Part shown: positions 18,049 to 37,617 of the stretch, piece by piece
How the letters are laid out: every line of letters starts with the position of its first letter
Numbering within the stretch: position 1 is the first letter of the stretch
Assembly (NCBI RefSeq): GCF_009914755.1
Contig: NC_060941.1
Reading direction: 5' to 3' (one strand)
DNA: 64,000 nt
Source of the DNA: the human T2T-CHM13v2.0 reference genome, Homo sapiens
Notes under the pieces: generated by a model
What the model saw: the letters and a program-made list of their open reading frames with translations, nothing else
The model's database searches: none
What the model was told of the DNA's origin: nothing
Made by a program: the position numbers and the translations under genes

Positions 18049-19106
18049 GAGATGCTGAACATAAGCCATATATCTGTGGGGATGCAGATTCTGCCTCCAC
18101 TGTTCTGGATGGGACCGAAGACTACCTCATTCTGGCCTGTGATGGCTTCTATGACACCGTGAACCCTGATGAGGCAGTGAAAGTTGTGTCCGACCACCTG
18201 AAAGAGAATAATGGAGACAGCAGCATGGTTGCCCACAAATTAGTGGCATCAGCTCGTGATGCTGGGTCAAGTGATAACATCACGGTTATTGTGGTATTCC
18301 TGAGGGACATGAACAAAGCTGTAAATGTTAGTGAGGAATCAGATTGGACAGAGAACTCTTTTCAAGGAGGGCAAGAAGATGGTGGGGATGATAAGGAGAA
18401 TCATGGAGAGTGCAAACGCCCTTGGCCTCAGCACCAGTGCTCAGCACCAGCCGACCTAGGCTATGATGGGCGTGTGGATTCATTCACTGATAGAACTAGC
18501 CTGAGCCCAGGGTCCCAAATCAACGTGCTGGAAGACCCAGGCTACCTAGATCTCACACAAATAGAAGCAAGCAAACCTCACAGTGCCCAGTTTTTGCTAC
18601 CAGTTGAGATGTTTGGTCCTGGTGCACCAAAGAAAGCAAATCTTATTAATGAGTTAATGATGGAGAAAAAATCAGTTCAGTCATCATTGCCTGAATGGAG
18701 TGGTGCTGGAGAGTTTCCCACTGCTTTCAATTTGGGTTCAACAGGGGAGCAGATATACAGAATGCAGAGCTTGTCTCCTGTCTGTTCAGGGTTGGAAAAT
18801 GAACAGTTCAAATCCCCGGGAAACAGAGTTTCTAGATTGTCTCATTTACGCCACCACTACTCAAAGAAGTGGCACAGATTCAGGTTTAATCCAAAGTTTT
18901 ATTCATTTCTCTCTGCTCAAGAGCCTTCCCACAAAATAGGCACTAGCCTGTCCTCACTTACTGGAAGTGGGAAGAGAAATAGGATAAGAAGTTCTCTGCC
19001 ATGGAGGCAAAATAGTTGGAAAGGGTACAGTGAAAACATGAGGAAGCTCAGAAAGACTCATGATATTCCATGCCCAGATCTTCCTTGGAGCTATAAAATA
19101 GAATAA
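18049..19106 (+). CDS. PPM1E: PPM1E last coding exon (exon 7 CDS part): end of the PP2C domain plus a long C-terminal tail with basic NLS-like clusters
   Basis: Acceptor tcccgcag. Reads GDAEHKPYI...LACDGFYD...[10 protein letters not shown] and continues into ORF 18159..19106, ending WSYKIE-stop. Confidence 0.97.
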
Positions 19107-19140
19107 TTTTTCTTTCAAGTAGGTTAGCTAGCTCTCCCCC

Positions 19141-19146
19141 AATAAA
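19141..19146 (+). terminator. PPM1E: Possible proximal PPM1E poly(A) signal AATAAA
   Basis: Hexamer ~35 nt after the stop codon; use is unproven. Confidence 0.3.
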
Positions 19147-19345
19147 AATACCACTATCAGAGTAGAAACAAGGTAGACATTTCTAAAACATATGTGCTTC
19201 ATTATGAATCCATGGATGGCTCAATTCTTAAATGTAAATAGATCTCTAGGAAACTCAAAGTACAGTGTTTTCAATCTAAAAAGAAGTATTGGCAGTTTCA
19301 CTTGCAAAATTACACAGCTGGTCCCTGTGATGTGTCTCGACACCA

Positions 19346-19421
19346 ATACACAACCCCCTTCCCACCATCCTTCATGTCACTAGATACACAACCCCCTTCC
19401 CACCATCCCTTCAGTCACTAG
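19346..19421. repeat. 38-bp tandem duplication in the PPM1E 3' UTR
   Basis: atacacaacccccttcccaccatcc...gtcactag occurs twice, differing by two 1-nt indels. Confidence 0.95.
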
Positions 19422-19620
19422 TGGAAGCTTTCAAGTTAGTTATTTCAGTCAGGATATACAGTGTTGAAATCTCAATGCAGTTGAAATCTGGTCTGATGTG
19501 CCTAATTTATCTGTGGAAAATTTAATGCTGAATTACATTTGGTTGGGAAATGTCCCTCAAAATCCTGGGCACTATGAAGGAACCCCCTGCCCCCTCACCT
19601 TTTTGGGTAGGTAAAAGACT

Positions 19621-19630
19621 AAAAGCCATA
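19621..19630 (+). promoter_or_regulatory. miR-135a/b 8mer site (AAAAGCCATA) in the PPM1E 3' UTR
   Basis: Complement of miR-135 nt 1-10. miR-135b repression of PPM1E is known from the literature. Confidence 0.7.
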
Positions 19631-20719
19631 TGGATTTTAACTGATAACAATGAAAGTGGTAAATCAGTGTAAAAGTGTCATATTCTCAGACTTGTGAGGC
19701 GGTTTATAGTCAGAAAGATTTACGGATTTTTTTCCTGTAACATAAAAGATTGTGAACTTTTTTTAATTAAAAAATATTTCCTAGGGCTGTAGTTATTTGG
19801 GAGTTTCATAACCTGTTATGGTGCTTTTGGTGGAATTTTTATTATTTAGCATTTTAGGAGACCGCTGTCAACTGGTTTTAATCTATGATGCTAATGTGTT
19901 TTCCACTGTACCCTCATCTCAGGAATAAAACTGCTTTAACGGAGATGATGTCAGGTACAAATACACTATAGAGTCAAAATACCATTTACAAAGAAAATCA
20001 AAAGCATTTCTATATTTTGTCTTTTTTTAGTTCAGACAGCAAAGGCATGTACTACTATAAAATACAAAGTGATTTTAGAGAATGAAAAATGCTACTTTTA
20101 TCTTCTCTAAAATTATTTCCCCCAAGGTAGTGAAGTAATTGGAATGAAGGAGGCTGAAAGTATTGTCTAAAGTGAGCCCAGAGGCCACTGAGAATGCAGA
20201 TTACTGACAGCCAGGTCTGTTTAGTTGTAATTGGAAGACACATGAGTGTCCTGCTTACATGTAGCTTCAGACTGCAGAGACAGGACGTGTGCTTTTCATT
20301 TCAATATTTAGTTATATTTGATATTTTGAAACTGTCTGCTTTTTGCTATTTCTGCAGTTTCAAGTTAGTTAGAAGCATGTTGTCAACTAAAGACAACAAA
20401 CTATCAGATTCATTCATTCAGTGAAGCAGCCTCTGATTCTCTAAGAGTCACGAATGTCTTAGTGTTACCCTCCCCTAGTCAACAGCAGACCAGCCTGGCC
20501 AATGCCTATGGGTGGCCCCTCTGGAGTGCTCACTAACAAGGGTGAGTGCTCTCGCTAAGAAGTGTCCCCCGCCTAATCATGTGTTTATAGGATAGTACAC
20601 GTTCCCCAGGCCCATAACAGAGGACTAAAATCTCTGAATTTTAAAGACACAGATGACTGGCATATTTTGGATACCAGTATAGCTATATCAAATAGACAAA
20701 AACAGCTTCACTTTAGCAA

Positions 20720-20995
20720 TGATCAGATTGTTAATCTACAGATTTTATTTTTTAAAATTTGGATGTAAGTAGAGACTTTCAGTATTTGTTTTCTCTTGAT
20801 TTTGAAGTCATTTCTTCTTCTCACGTCTGTGACAAATGGTTGAAAAGGAGTCAACATGGCCCCAACTATAGTGCCGGAACCTTTTCATCATTCTGAGGCT
20901 TTGCCCCACACATGGTCCTCACTCATATCTGTCACCTTCTGAAGCCTAGATCTTGTTAACCCATCAGGTGCAGTGTCAGTTTCAAATCAAATTAT
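20720..20995 (-). other. TRIM37: TRIM37 alternative terminal exon, antisense within the PPM1E 3' UTR (3' end approximate)
   Basis: Strong minus-strand acceptor cctttgttttcttgttttcttag|ATAA. Joined to donor GGAAG|gtaatt (37454/37453) it gives AGA TAA. Minus-strand AATAAA at 20744-20749. Confidence 0.85.
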
Positions 20996-23227
20996 CTAAG
21001 AAAACAAGAAAACAAAGGCAGCAGACTATTGGTACACATTATAGTCCAAAGTGCTTAGCGAAGTAAAAAAAAAAGCTTTTTAAAATTTCTATTGTTGTCT
21101 ATTGGTAATGTTTTTGATCAGAATAAAGAGGGTAAAGGGAAAAAGTTACTACACATGCTAGGCTTTCTCAGTGGGGAAAAAAATGGCTGGATAGAACTGG
21201 GACAAACACAGACCCATCTTTAGGGGTCTGGATTTTGTAGGTCCGACTACACAGCAGTGTTAACTCATTTCTCATGCCATTAGCTCTCTACAAAATAAAG
21301 CAAAGTAGTTCTAGTGTGGTCGTTATAAACCAATATTGTGAAAAATAGCAACTATTCATTTGTTCACAACATGCGTATTTATAGAGTAGTTAGGTACCAT
21401 TTGTAAGGTAAATCCTTTAAAATTCTATAATACATACTAAAATAGTGGTTATTGGTCTGATATATGCTGCTCTTGGTTCTATAAACTAGATAAAAGCAGT
21501 GCTTTGTGAAATGCAGTGTTCTCTCTTAACGCCACTGGTGATAGGAAGTAGTTCCCTTCAGTTCAAATCCTGTGCCCTTATTTGCTGCTTGCTGACGTAA
21601 GCAATAAGTAACCCTCTAACTAATGGTATCTACATATTTCTGTAACTTGTATTTAATGATGGTGTACCTGGTGATTGTAAAAATATTAGACAGATATAAA
21701 AGTATCTATATAATATCTATAAACTGTTAATGCTGAGGTATAGTCTGTGAATTATGTGTTTTGTATTTTTATTCATTGTGTAATTTAGTGGTGGTGAAAG
21801 TTCTACACTCAATCCTTAAAGAGTGGCAGTATCCCTTTTTCAATTTAACATGGTCTGCATCAATCTGTTTGCCTGCTAAACAAGTTAGAATAGGAAATAG
21901 TAAAATAAATCCAAACAAGAGTGTAATATTGGTTAGGGAAACAAACTTCAGGTCACCAACTGAAGTCATTACAAACTCCTTGTACATTCACTGTGAGTTT
22001 CAAAGGGAGTCAGTCCCTAATTTACAGGTTTCCTTTGTTCACTTTCTAGATGTGTACTTTTGAGGGACATGAGGTTAGGCAACATTACAGCAACACACAC
22101 TGGGGCTATTAATCCCATTTAGGTCTGTACTAAAGAGGATGGGTAGAAACACATATGTATATACCTTTTCTTTACCTAGAAGTGCCATCCATTGTCCTTG
22201 AATTATTATGATTAAAGTTACTGTTGCATTTAGGAGGCTCCTTGAAAGTAACACCTTTTCCAAGGACAATGGCAACAATGTCAATGTCAACACTGAGTCT
22301 AATTTTGACCACATTTATAGTGGTATAGTGTCAATACTGCATTTTCATGACAACCACACTCCACTGTTGAAACACTGTGCCAGTGAGAAGTGCAACATCC
22401 AGTGGGCAGATGAAAATGATGCATGGCCAAGTTCAGTGTTTACAGATAAAACTGCTGTGGTTCAAGTGCTTCCTTCCCCATCAAATCCTTGATAAGGCTT
22501 TGTGGGAAAATGATCTAAATTATTGTTTTAATTTTTAAACCTAATTTATTCACTCAGTGAACATTCTTACCTAAGCAAGGCTATAAAAGGGAATACTACA
22601 GTTTTGTCCACACTTTAATTTGAGACCATTTTTCTTTGAATCGTAAGTTAGCAAAAGAAATTTTTTTCACCTTTGAAAATCACGTGATGTTAAAGGACAA
22701 ATGCCCACTCTTCTATTCTGATCTGCAAATAGCTTAAATGTCTCTTGCAAAACAAAGTAAGATACCACCAGTATTACAACACAATGATTTTCCAGACAAA
22801 TGGTATGGTGTTGAAAAATAACTGTTACTTCTTAAAGCAGCATTTTATCTTCTATTTTGAAGACTATTTATTGTAATAATTAGAAAACATGAAATAGGGA
22901 ACTCCAGACTGACACAGCAGTTGTTTTTGAAAAGGAAATAAACTTTGATGAATTAGATAATCCAGATACATCATTGTAAACTCTTACTCTAGGTGCTCTT
23001 TGGTGAGAGACAGGCTTTGTTCTCTTGTTCATAACATTTCTCTGCAAAGAATTCTCTATGGAGTGAAGCGAATGAAGTGAATAATTTCTTACCAAATAAA
23101 TTTATCAATTTACAAATCTGCTCTACATCTCACTTTTGAGTTCAGTTGTAGTCATGAGTGATCCTTCATATTTTATTAAAAGTGTTCATTCAGGTAAGGT
23201 GTATGTTGAAATTTTGCCAATTATCTT

Positions 23228-23233
23228 AATAAA
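23228..23233 (+). terminator. PPM1E: PPM1E distal poly(A) signal AATAAA
   Basis: Canonical hexamer followed ~30 nt later by tttgtctttttattt. Confidence 0.75.
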
Positions 23234-24228
23234 ACCTGGCAATTTAAAAACCACTAGTCATTTGTCTTTTTATTTAAAGGAAAGGTAAGTTATTTACTGT
23301 TTAAATTTGTGCAGATTTCTTCAGAACTGGAAAATAAAATCCTGAGATGGACGTTAAGTTTGGAAGCTTGGAACATTTAAAAAGAAGATTTGCTAAATGC
23401 TGCTGTAACATTATTTTACCCCAGAAGAGAGGTATTTAGCCTTATACATGTTCTCTTCATTAGCTGAACTGCGAGGAGAGGGAGTGGTGTTATAATCCTA
23501 AAAGAAAAGAGGAACCCGACCTGCCAAGGACTAAGCGGTGGTCATCAAATCTCCCAACTACTTCATTCTTAGAACTCTGCATCTAACCAAGCTTTCCCCT
23601 TTCGCTTAGCCTCTTTGAGTTTCAAGCTAGAAGAAAGTAAGGAAATCATCAGATGAGCTGTGGTGGAAAGCCTCCCAAGGACTGCTGATAAGTGAGTAAA
23701 AGGAGACAGAGACAAAAAGGACAATGTGGGGGAGGGAAGTCACTTACGACACCTGCATCTGAAGGGAGGGAACTGACCTTCCAAACGAGTCAACCTTGTC
23801 AATACACTGCACTGTTCTCCTGCCTACCAGTAAAGAAGGCCTTTACAATTAATTTTACATAGTTTCAAAAATCTTCAACTCCTAATTCCCTAAATTCATT
23901 CAGTCCTTGGCATGACTTTATATAGAACCAAATGAACAATTGAGAAAAAAAAGGTGAAGTTTTGAAAGAAGGACATATTTGAAGGGGTTTACTGAAGCAG
24001 GGAATGACAGAAAAGGAACATTTTGATTAGTAAGTGTTACACTTGAAAAAATTCCCTAAAATATAGTATTACTTAGATCAAAAGGAACACCTCTTTCTGA
24101 AGGAGCAGCACACAGCAAGACAGAAGGGAACCACTAGGTACAGTAAAATCATTTGAACATCATAGAAATTTACCCAAGTTACCAAATTATCAGAAACAAC
24201 TGTCTGTACTGACAAGCTGCATAACTGA

Positions 24229-25033
<805 letters not shown>

Positions 25034-25974
25034 TGAATATGTTTAGTAAGAAGCGCTCTTCCCTGGGCAGTTGGTTGAGCCTGCCTCTTATGCTGAGCTG
25101 TAGGATGCTGCCCCAGTCACGCAACCTCCAGATGAAGTGTGTCCTCTCCTCATTGTGCAAACAAGGGCCCTCACACACAGGTTCTATTTGATTTTTATAA
25201 TCTTGCTTTAGGACCAGGGAAACAAATGTGAAAAACTGTCAAGAATGATACACATTTGGGGAAACCATTTTCCAAATGAGTAACTGGAGTTTAACTAAAG
25301 ATGATGAAAAAGTTGTCCCTGCTAGTCATTACATTGAGTAGTATGACAGCTACAGGATTAGGGGTGGCCAATTAAGCCAAATCGAGTTGCTACGGGTTCA
25401 CTAGGTCAAATGAAACCCAGTGGGAGGTGAGCCTATGCAGCAGCCTTTCCCAAATGCACACCAGGAGACACTGACTGACCTGAAGGTCTCGGGCAAGGAC
25501 TCTGGCCCGCAGGGTCTGCAGAGCAGGAATGGAAGGGAGACTCCCGGTCAACATGCCAGCCAGAGAAAAGGATTTTAGAAAGAGAGCAGCCCGTACTACT
25601 GATGTCCCAAACTACACTGTGGCTAATCTTACCATTTGCTCTTAAGCATCCCTAAGCAGAGTTCTAAAACTTCTATAAATCTAGACTATGAAGGCATGTA
25701 TTGGTAGATGTGAGAATGAGAGGTAGAATGAGGAGAAATCTAAAAATATTACCACATAAAAATTCAAATGAATATGCAAAAAAGAAAATAGCTCTTGGGG
25801 TTTTCTATTTCCCAAATTTTTCTAATCTTATCACCTTTATAATTCAAACATTTAAAAAACTAGATAAAAAAATTAAAAATGGCTCATTTTCTGAATTCTG
25901 GTTTTAGGATTAATTACACTCATGTTTTACATTCAATAAAATGTGTGTTTTACATATATACATTTTTAAATCAC

Positions 25975-27975
<2,001 letters not shown>

Positions 27976-27978
27976 AAA

Positions 27979-29585
<1,607 letters not shown>

Positions 29586-29777
29586 ATACCACCAATTCTA
29601 CACCCTCTTTTCCAGAAAATAGAACACTCATTTTATGAGGTCAGCATTACTCTGACACCAAATCAGATGACGACAGAAAATTTCAGACCAGGATCGCTCT
29701 GAATATAGATGGAAAAGTTCTGGCAAAATATTAGCAAAACAAATACCATTACACACCTATTAGAATGGCTAAAAAAT

Positions 29778-29801
29778 GGCTGGTTAGCTCAGTTGGTTAG
29801 A
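29778..29801 (+). pseudogene. Retroposed 5' fragment of tRNA-Ile(AAT)
   Basis: GGCTGGTTAGCTCAGTTGGTTAGA matches the tRNA-Ile 5' acceptor strand and D arm. Followed by an A-rich tail and flanked by a 15-bp direct repeat AGAATGGCTAAAAAA. Confidence 0.8.
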
Positions 29802-29961
29802 AGAAAAACCAAAAAGAATGGCTAAAAAACTTCTGGCAGTGCCAAATATTTGTGAGATGCCACTGGAACTCTCATGTGCTACTGATGGGAATGCAGAATG
29901 GTATGTCACTGTGGAGGTTGGGCAGCGTCTCAGTAAAGACTCTACTTACCATATGACTCAG

Positions 29962-31021
<1,060 letters not shown>

Positions 31022-31044
31022 CCCAGCAATCCTGTCCCTAGGCA

Positions 31045-31380
31045 TATATGGTTTGGCTGTGTCCCCACCCAAATCTCATCTTGAATTCCCACATATCATG
31101 GGAGGGACCCAGTGGGAGGTAATTGAATCATGGGGGCAAGACTTTCCTGTGCTGTTTTTGTAATACTGAATAAGCCTCATGAGATCTGATGGTTTTATAA
31201 GGGGGAGTTTCCCTGCACAAGCTCTCGTCTGCCACCACATGAGATGTGCCTTTTACCTTTTGCCATGATTGTGAGGCCTCCCCAGCCACGTGGAACTGTA
31301 AGTCCAATAAACCTCTTTCTCTTGTAAAATGCCCAGTCTCGGGTATATCTTTATCAGCAGCATGAAAACAGACTAATACA
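31045..31380 (+). mobile_element. THE1 (MaLR) solo LTR
   Basis: Starts atatggtttggctgtgtccccacccaaatctcatcttgaattccc and ends cagcatgaaaacagactaataca. Internal AATAAA. Confidence 0.92.
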
Positions 31381-32347
31381 GCATGTAACACTCTAGAGAA
31401 TAAAAGCTTACACTCACACAAAAATCTGTACCCAAACGTTTACAAGAGTCTAATCACCCTAAACTAGAAATAACCCAAATGGGCAAATGAATGAACAGTG
31501 GTATATCCACACAGTGGACTACTACTGCTCAGCAATAAAAAAGAAGGAGGTGCTGATTCACACAAGATGAGTGAAACTTAACTGCACTTTGCGAAGCGAG
31601 AGGTCAAACTGTGATCCCGTTTACATGACTCTGGAAAAGCAAAAACTAAAAGGGCAGAGAACAGATCAGATCAGATCAGATCAGCGGTAGCCAGGAGCTG
31701 TGGGGAAGGGGGGTGGTTACCTATAAAGGGCCAGCACAGGGGAATCTTGGGGGTGACTGAAATGTTCTGTATAGTATTGTGGTGGCGGATACAAGACATT
31801 TGTTGAAACCCACAGAACTGTATGCCAGAAAGACTGAATTTTAATGTATGTAAATTTACAAATTAACCAGGATATGTGGGGGAGGACAGAATGTAGACCA
31901 TAACAGATGAACCTGTTACACCAACGAAGCACAAAATCACAATGAAGGGATTTTGTGAAAGAACAGAACTAATGTAATTTTGAACCTAAATATCTTTGAA
32001 AAAAATGTTATGACACAATACTGAAAAGCTAAAGACTAAAAGAACTGTATACAAGCACTGTATTTTAGGTGGTAAATCTGTTTTTTGTAGGGCATAGCCT
32101 GGAATCCACAGGAGGCCAACGGTTCTGAAGCTACTTGTATATTAGGGTTGAACAAGTACATACATATATTGTAGCTAATGAGAGCTAGGCTTCTGTCAGA
32201 GAAAGGCATTATAAATAAGAGGGAAGGCCAGAATGAGGCCTCTGGAGCTGAACTGTTACCAATATAGACTCACAGTCATAGTGACACACACACACAGATA
32301 TGTACAGAAATACACATAAATGTGTGTATTTGCATGAGTTAACTATA

Positions 32348-32800
32348 CAGTCAGCCCTCTATTATCTTTGGTTTCTGCATCCATGGAGTCAACCAACAAT
32401 AGACAGAATTTATTTTTAAAAAATAATAAAAAAAATAGCACAATAATTTACATAGCATTTACATTGTATTAGGTATTACAGGTAATCCAGAGATGATTTA
32501 AAGTATCTGGGAGATCAGGCGTGGTGGCTCACACCTGTAGTCCCAGCTACCTGAGAGGCTGAGGTGGGAGGATTGCTTGAGCCTAAGACTTCATAGCTGC
32601 AGTAAGCTATGCACAGCTGCACCCTAGCCTGGGCAACAGAATGAGACCGTCTCAAAACCCAAAACAAAGTATCCAGGAGGATGTGCACAGGTTATATGCA
32701 AACACTATACCGTTTTATATAGGGGACTTGAGCATCTGTGGACTTTGGTATCCACAGGGAGTCTTGGAACCAATCCCTCACAGATGCTAAGGAACAGCTG
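32348..32800 (-). mobile_element. MER2 (TcMar-Tigger DNA transposon) with an inserted Alu monomer (32517-32668)
   Basis: MER2 phrases acattgtattaggtatta and ggaaccaatccctcacagatgctaagg; CAG..CTG termini. Confidence 0.85.
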
Positions 32801-32811
32801 TCTATATACAT

Positions 32812-34855
<2,044 letters not shown>

Positions 34856-34904
<49 letters not shown>

Positions 34905-34925
34905 ATATATGTATATTTATATATC
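34856..34925. repeat. (TA)n(TG)n microsatellite at an Alu tail
   Basis: Read directly. Confidence 0.9.
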
Positions 34926-36271
34926 AACATCATATCCCCCCTGATGTGATGCACTAAGGGCCTTCCCAATAATGCATAACCTCAATTTAATATAGGAAAG
35001 CATCTGTCAAACCCAAATAAGAAGAACATTTAATAAAATAACACATCCTCTTCAAAAATATCAAGGTCATGAAAGCAAGGAAAGGCGGAAGAGCTGTCAT
35101 ATACTGAAGGATCCTGAGGAAACATGGTAACAAAATACAATGTGGGATCCTAGACCGGATCCTAGAACAGAAAAAGAACATTTGTGAAATAACTGGTGCG
35201 ATCTGAACAAATTCTGTAGTTTGGTAAACAATATTGCAACCAGGATTAACTTCTTAGTTTTGATCACTGTTCTGTGATTATGTAAGGCATTAACAAAAGG
35301 AGAAGCTGGGCAGAGGGTATACGGAAACTCTTGCACAATTTTTTCAACTCTTTTGCAAACCTGAAATTATCTCAAAATTAAAAGCTAAAAAAAAAGAATA
35401 ATCTTTAGGTTTTAAATTATTAGGTATCAGAATGTTGGGTCTGCTGCAAGTGAGATAAAGTGGAAAAGGCACTAGACCAGCAGTTCACCCCATCCCTGCC
35501 AGTGGTTTTGAACCTGAAGAGAATCATACAACCTCCCTGAACCTAAGGCTCCATGGCCAAACAGGTTTGATACACAACTCATCTACCTCAAAGGTTACTT
35601 AAAGATCAATGACACAAGTAGTTAAAGTTGTCCAGAAAGGACACGTTCACAGACAACACAAGCATTAATGTATCTCTAGCCCTAAGAAAACTCTATTCAG
35701 GAGAGATTTTCCAGGAATGAACTTGAGATAAAATACTAAATACAGAAGCAAGGTAACAGCAGACTGTTCTTCAGCAAAAAAGGAAAGGTTACAAAAATAA
35801 AAATAAAAAAACATGCTGAGGGCTCTATCAGGGTACAGAAAGAGCAAGAAAGTAGGACAAGCAGAGAGTGGAGCAACTGGTTCTTCTCCTGTGCCTCTTC
35901 CTTCCCTCTCTGCTACCTAAAATTTAGCATAGCAGACTACATCAAGGAAGAGGGAAAACAGCGGTGTTCCCGACATCACCAAGGAACTCAGAGCAGCTTT
36001 AGTATATAAGGTGGCTTGGAAACGAGGGGGAAACTACTTTCCTGTCCTAAAAGCAAACAGGTCTGAACTAAAAGCTATCATCTCTGAAGAAATCTTTTGG
36101 CCTTTCAGGTTTATTCTAATTTTAGAATGACTGGGATCGATGCTAGGCATCACTCCTCGCCATTAGACTAAACACAAACTAATCAAATGTTTGGATCTTC
36201 TCTACACTACTAATGAGGCAATGAGTAGAAAAGAAGGGGTTTCTGGTCCCAATTTAATAAACAGCAGAGGC

Positions 36272-37449
36272 ATATTTTCTCAAGTTGATTTTATTAACAA
36301 AAAGTGCAAACTATTTTGAACAAAAGTAAACTATGAGTCACAGCATTCAGCAAGACATCAGACACGGAAGAGTGAACAATATTCACTAAGTAAAATACAG
36401 CAGATGAGATGTCTCTCACATGTATATTTAATTATTCATGCTTTTTCAATAGTCTCTTAGTCAACTTTCAGTGTAATTTCCACAAATATATAGCAGCTCA
36501 AACACAAATGCAGGAGCACAATGGCAAAGTTTGGCAACTGTTTTGGGCTAATTATGAGTATGAAAGAAAACCTTATATCACAGTTTCACGTTCATGTAAG
36601 CCACTGTGCAACATGAATGAATCTTTAAATGTGTTGACACTGAAATCAATGTACAACTAATGAAAATAAAGAAGAAAAGGGGGCTTTAAAATATTTGTTG
36701 CACTACAGTCGTATAGTAAGAGGCAGAAAAAAATGAAAGAATTTTAAATAATCTTACACGTGTCTACAGGGCCAGGAACGTAATGAATCCATGTTAACTT
36801 AATTTCATTTAAAATTACATTTGTAGAAGTCACACAACAGAAAGATACCATGCGGTTGAACAGTGTGCCTGTACTTGAACAAGTGAGAGAAGATACATAC
36901 TCCAAAAAGGAGATTCAGTCTAGTGTTACTTCAGTTATTCACATAGTGTCTACAGGGCAGAATCTCTTCCAAAGCAATTTTCTGTTCACTAATCTACAGG
37001 CACTAATGGAACTGTAATTAAAACCCCAAATATAAAGATGATTATTTAAACACAACTAAGCTCTAGCCAAAGACAGTAGAGCACCAATGCCGGGCGGGTT
37101 ACTGACGGCATGCAGGGCCTGGAGGTACATTTTCTGGCAGTTAACCAGCCTTCTGCTGTAGTAGACAAACTGCCTTTTGTGAATGTACAAATTTGCTAAA
37201 TTAATAGAGAACTACATTGTTATTTCCTTACATTACAAAGAACTCTTCCCATACTGTTTTTCCCATGTACTACTGCTGTCTTAGACTAAACTGTGCCACC
37301 TTCCAACAGTTTCCAAATTACTATTTCAGGTCGAGATAATGAAGAAATAAGACCAAATCTGATTATCTGACTGATGACAAATTTGAGCACCAACTACAGC
37401 AAAATTCAGGGTCAAGGTAGCTTGCAAGTCAGTTCTCTTGATTTGGCAA
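36272..37449 (-). other. TRIM37: TRIM37 main 3' UTR (end approximate)
   Basis: Repeat-free stretch after the stop codon, ending near a minus-strand AATAAA at 36290-36295. Confidence 0.85.
36290..36295 (-). terminator. TRIM37: TRIM37 main poly(A) signal AATAAA
   Basis: tttatt on + strand at the end of the UTR block. Confidence 0.75.

Positions 37450-37617
<168 letters not shown>

Larger units (their letters stand above)
19107..23250 (+). other. PPM1E: PPM1E long 3' UTR (end approximate)
   Basis: Alu-free, AU-rich ~4.1 kb after the stop codon. Ends at AATAAA 23228-23233 followed by a T-rich downstream element. Confidence 0.85.
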
